The notes below the pieces were generated by a model. It was not told the DNA's origin, did no database searches, and saw only the letters and a program-made list of their open reading frames with translations. Made by a program: the position numbers and the translations under genes. From a virus (lineage: Duplodnaviria > Caudoviricetes), in IMG/VR virus record IMGVR_UViG_3300027874_000004, positions 1 through 43,523 of that record: a stretch of 43,523 nucleotides of DNA; one strand, given 5' to 3'. Shown here piece after piece: positions 40,607 to 43,523 of this stretch (its first letter is position 1; each line of letters starts with the position of its first letter).

Positions 40607-41056
40607 TCACGCGACCCTGCCGATGCGGTTTTCGGGATCGACGTAGTTGGCCGGCAGGCGTCCCCACTCGATCAGGGTATCCCTGACCTCGGCCCAGCTC
40701 TCGCAGACCGCGTACGGCACGCCGTGGCGCTGGCAGCGCTCGCGAAAGGCTTGCTGCTCGTCGCTGAGCCGGCCCTTGGCGTGGTGATCGAACAGTCGGC
40801 GTTCGGCCGGCCGCTTCAGCTCGATGCCGCCGCCGCCACCGCGCCACAGGAACAGCAGATCGGGCGCGCCCGGCGTGAGCTGACCGAGCACCTTGAGCTG
40901 ATGGATGATCCTGGCAGCGAGACTACGCTCGGCTGGCGTCCGGGCCGGGAACCAGACGCCGTTCGGCGAGCCGATGACGACTGCATCGAGCGGGAGCCGC
41001 GGACTGCGCAGCCGGTACATAACCTCTCGCTGGAGGGCACGCTCGGCCTGGCGCAT
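40607..41056 (-). CDS. VRR-NUC (PD-(D/E)xK) nuclease
   Basis: E..LQ, PNG, G.PDL, IELK, GRLS.EQ..F. Confidence 0.88.
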   Translation of the reverse strand: MRQAERALQREVMYRLRSPRLPLDAVVIGSPNGVWFPARTPAERSLAARIIHQLKVLGQLTPGAPDLLFLWRGGGGGIELKRPAERRLFDHHAKGRLSDEQQAFRERCQRHGVPYAVCESWAEVRDTLIEWGRLPANYVDPENRIGRVA

Positions 41057-41127
41057 CGGCGGTTACCCTCCCCTGTAACCTATGTTTCACCGCGTTGTAA
41101 CACTCAAGGTGTAAGGCCTATGATGTA

Positions 41128-41144
41128 TGTTGCTGTGCCCTACA
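41128..41144 (-). promoter_or_regulatory. Perfect operator-like box between cro and VRR-NUC
   Basis: Reverse strand TGTAGGGCACAGCAACA. Confidence 0.7.
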
Positions 41145-41165
41145 TTCTGCTTGCCGTCCTGGCGC

Positions 41166-41396
41166 TTATGCGCTAACGAGGCCGCAATGCGAGGTCTCGC
41201 CCTCGGCTGACCAGATGTCGGGCCGGATCAGATGCAGTGGAACATCAAGCGCTTTGGAGATCGTTTTGGCATGGTGGACCGGAACCTGGGCGCGGTGTGT
41301 CCGCTTCCAGCCGCACACGGTCGACCATTTTACGCCGGCTATATCAGCCAACCGGCCGATGCCGCCTGCGCGTGCAGCAAGCTCGTCGATGGTCAT
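41166..41396 (-). CDS. cro: Cro/YdaS-like HTH protein
   Basis: AGG..RLA...GV..STV.GW...VP...L.RPDIW; divergent from the repressor. Confidence 0.85.
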   Translation of the reverse strand: MTIDELAARAGGIGRLADIAGVKWSTVCGWKRTHRAQVPVHHAKTISKALDVPLHLIRPDIWSAEGETSHCGLVSA

Positions 41397-41469
41397 GCCT
41401 ACGATCATCGACGAACATTAATCTATGTCAAGACGCGAACGTTGCTTAACACATGAGGGGTACGATAAC
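41397..41469. promoter_or_regulatory. Lysis/lysogeny switch region
   Basis: Minus strand TTGACA-N16-GATGAT ends 7 nt before the cro ATG (possibly leaderless); AT-rich. Confidence 0.6.
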
Positions 41470-41970
41470 GTGATCGAGGAAGCCAGGGAGACAACGGATC
41501 AGACGGTGCCGCTGGACGTTCTGGCGGCGGAAGACGAACCGGAGCTACGACGCAAGATCGGTCAGCACCTCGGCGCCGTCCGAAAACAACTTGGGCGCAG
41601 CCAAGAGATCGCCGCAGCAGCGCTCGAAATGAGCCGCCCACATTTATCGAACGTTGAAAACGGACGCAGTGGTACGAGCTGGGGACATCTGAAGCGCATG
41701 GCGAAGTATTACACGCAGGATATTGAAAAGCTGATTATTGAGTGCCGGTCGCCGGATTACGACGCGCCGCCATTGCCGCAGCCAAAAGCGCAGAAGAGCG
41801 AGGAGAACGGCATCGGGCCGTTCAAGGCTTACACCGCGCACAACCTGACATCGTACGAGAAGTTCGTAATGAGCGGTTTTCACATCCTGCCGCAGAACGA
41901 ACGCGACGACCTGATGCAGGAGATCCTGCGCCGGTATCGCAGCCACCTCAGTAAACCCGACCAAACATAA
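41470..41970 (+). CDS. CI-like XRE repressor without S24 peptidase domain
   Basis: LGRSQEIAAAALEMSRPHLSNVENG; GTG 41470 after GAGGGG (alternative ATG 41425). Confidence 0.85.
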   Translation: MIEEARETTDQTVPLDVLAAEDEPELRRKIGQHLGAVRKQLGRSQEIAAAALEMSRPHLSNVENGRSGTSWGHLKRMAKYYTQDIEKLIIECRSPDYDAPPLPQPKAQKSEENGIGPFKAYTAHNLTSYEKFVMSGFHILPQNERDDLMQEILRRYRSHLSKPDQT

Positions 41971-41983
41971 ATCAATAAACCGC

Positions 41984-42012
41984 TTGCGGCGGTTCGTAGG
42001 CGGGTGCAACAT
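41984..42012 (+). promoter_or_regulatory. Putative early promoter TTGCGG-N17-CAACAT with box
   Basis: CGTAGGCGGGTGCAACA at 41995-42011 (1 mismatch). Confidence 0.65.
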
Positions 42013-42038
42013 CGGTCCTCTGAACGGGAGGGCCGACA

Positions 42039-42170
42039 ATGCAAGCTGGTCTCGCAAACCTGCTCACAACGGTCGCGCTGACAGAACGGCGTCCTGCTAG
42101 GAGCTGGCTCGGGCTTTCGCTCTACGTCCTGCTCGCCTGCGCGGTGCTCGCGATCGGAGCGCTGCTGTGA
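42039..42170 (+). CDS. Small membrane peptide (43 aa, not in ORF track)
   Basis: GGGAGG RBS; C-terminal TM WLGLSLYVLLACAVLAIGALL; GTGA overlap with erf. Confidence 0.6.
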   Translation: MQAGLANLLTTVALTERRPARSWLGLSLYVLLACAVLAIGALL

Positions 42171-42931
42171 GCGACGATGATCTGCCGTACGGCCCGACGC
42201 CAGGGCCGATCGTAAAATTGCCGCCGCCAGACGCCCAGGTGACGCTGCTCGACGTGATCAGCCGGGCCGCGAGCGATCCCAATACCGATGTCGACAAATT
42301 AGAGCGGCTGGTCGCGCTGTACGAGCGCAGCCAGGCCCGCGACGCGCACGCGGCCTACACCGCGGCCCTGGCGGTAATGCAGCCGCTGCTGCCGGAGATC
42401 GAGGAACACGGCGAGATCCTCGACAAGCAGGGCCAGGTGCAGAGCACATACGCGCTGTGGGAGGACGTTCAGCGCGAGATCAAGCCGATCCTGGCTGAGC
42501 ACGGCTTCGCGCTCACCTTCGCGATCGGCAAGCTCGACGACGGCAGGCTGACCGTCACCGGCAAGCTGGCGCACCGCGGCGGCCATGTCGAGGAGACCAC
42601 GATCCCGCTGCCGCTGGATACGACCGGCAGCAAGAACACAGTCCAGGCCTACGGCAGCAGCACCAGCTACGGCATGCGCTACACGGCCAGGGCGCTCTTG
42701 AATCTGACCAGCCGCGGCGGCGACGACGACGGCCAGGCCGGCGGCACCAAGCTGCTCAGCGAGGGCGAGGTCGAGGCGCTGACCAAGCTGATCGAGGCCG
42801 GCAAGATCGACCTGGCCCGCTTCTGCGAGCACCTCAAGGTGCCCAGCCTCGACCAGCTCCCGGCGCGCCGGTTCAAGTACGCCGAGCAGGCGCTGCGCGA
42901 CGCCATTCGCAACCGGGAGCAAAAACGATGA
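42167..42931 (+). CDS. erf: ERF-family single-strand annealing protein
   Basis: YA..ED....IKPIL.EHG, L.H.GGH, QAYGSSTSYG.RY, DDDG. Confidence 0.92.
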   Translation: MSDDDLPYGPTPGPIVKLPPPDAQVTLLDVISRAASDPNTDVDKLERLVALYERSQARDAHAAYTAALAVMQPLLPEIEEHGEILDKQGQVQSTYALWEDVQREIKPILAEHGFALTFAIGKLDDGRLTVTGKLAHRGGHVEETTIPLPLDTTGSKNTVQAYGSSTSYGMRYTARALLNLTSRGGDDDGQAGGTKLLSEGEVEALTKLIEAGKIDLARFCEHLKVPSLDQLPARRFKYAEQALRDAIRNREQKR

Positions 42932-43308
42932 GGGGCAAGCACAGCACGCAGCGGGTCGATTACGAGCTGTTCGAGCCGCTGCTGCAGCAAATCATGCAGA
43001 AATACGAGACCAACCAGACCGAGGTGCTGCGCACGCTCGGCTACCGCAGCAGCAACGGCATCGCGTTCTGGAAAAAGACCGGCAAGGTGCCGCTGGTTGC
43101 GGTCAACGCCGCCAAGGGCGTCCTGGCCGATGCAGGCGAGACCTGGGAGGCGCAGCAGCAGATGCTGCCGCTGCAGCCGGCGCCGCCGCTCTTTGATTTC
43201 GAGGAGCTGTCGATGCTGCTTGCGGTCGTCACCGGGCACACCGTGCTCGATGGGAGATATCGCGACCATCTGATCCGCAAGCTGGCCCTGGAGCTGATCC
43301 GCCAGTGA
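42928..43308 (+). CDS. Hypothetical HTH-like protein
   Basis: NQTEVLRTLGYRSSNGIAFWKKTGKVP; ATGA overlap. Confidence 0.65.
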   Translation: MRGKHSTQRVDYELFEPLLQQIMQKYETNQTEVLRTLGYRSSNGIAFWKKTGKVPLVAVNAAKGVLADAGETWEAQQQMLPLQPAPPLFDFEELSMLLAVVTGHTVLDGRYRDHLIRKLALELIRQ

Positions 43309-43523
43309 TCGAGATCCTGACCATGCCCCAGGGCAGCCCTGAGTGGGTCCAGGCCAGGCTCGGGCTGCCGACAGCGTCGGAATTCGCCGACGTGATGGCG
43401 AAAGGCAAGGGCCTGGTCCGCAGGGGCTACCTGATGCGCCTGGCGGCCGAGCGGATAACCGGCGAGCCGCAGGAACGCTACAGCAATGCCCGCATGCGCC
43501 AGGGCAAAGAGCTGGAAGCCGAG
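43305..43523 (+). CDS. YqaJ exonuclease, N-terminal part (continues at 100-543)
   Basis: QGSPEWVQARLG.PTASEF motif. Confidence 0.9.
   Translation, partial: MIEILTMPQGSPEWVQARLGLPTASEFADVMAKGKGLVRRGYLMRLAAERITGEPQERYSNARMRQGKELEAE
43425..43523 (+). repeat. 99-bp terminal overlap, copy 2
   Basis: Identical to 1-99. Confidence 0.97.

Larger units (their letters stand above)
1..43523. mobile_element. Complete circular temperate podovirus-like phage genome
   Basis: Integrase, repressor/Cro, recombination, replication, TerS/TerL, portal, scaffold, capsid and short-tail/ejection genes are present. No host genes, tail tube or tape measure recognised. Ends overlap by 99 bp. Confidence 0.95.

Noticed and set aside
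41397-41469. Alphaproteobacterial LexA box (GTTC-N7-GTTC)
   Set aside because: The two GTTC on the minus strand are 20 nt apart
43425-43523. 99-bp repeat as a biological direct terminal repeat
   Set aside because: It lies mid-gene in YqaJ and its length equals a common assembler k-mer, so it is best explained as a circularisation overlap

Overview
The window is one apparently complete, circular, high-GC temperate phage genome of 43,424 bp unique sequence. Bases 1-99 recur at 43425-43523 inside one continuous YqaJ gene, which is an assembly overlap. Gene content points to a podovirus-like tailed phage, probably of Alphaproteobacteria (inference from gene families). The plus-strand early block carries an XRE repressor, ERF, YqaJ exonuclease, a NinB/DUF1367-like gene, an excisionase-like gene, a tyrosine integrase and an IHF-flanked attP candidate. 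The minus-strand arm carries Cro, VRR-NUC, a DUF1376 initiator with iterons, DUF559, a DUF6456-like gene, TerS, TerL, a P22-like portal, scaffold, an SU10/DUF5309-type capsid, two S74-chaperoned tail fibres, adaptor/nozzle and ejection proteins. Main observations: (1) the major capsid gene is split by a compact 247-nt ORF-less group I intron, with the catalytic core, P1, P10 and an in-frame splice junction all readable in the sequence; (2) a 17-bp box, TGTAGG-N5-GCAACA, recurs in front of the integrase and the plus-strand gene islands; (3) a probable ejection protein fuses a lytic transglycosylase-like domain to an SGNH esterase-like domain; (4) twin multi-stem RNA-like units with a terminator lie downstream of terS; (5) an HhH-glycosylase-like cargo gene sits in the tail module. 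All protein family calls come from motif recognition by eye, not from database searches.
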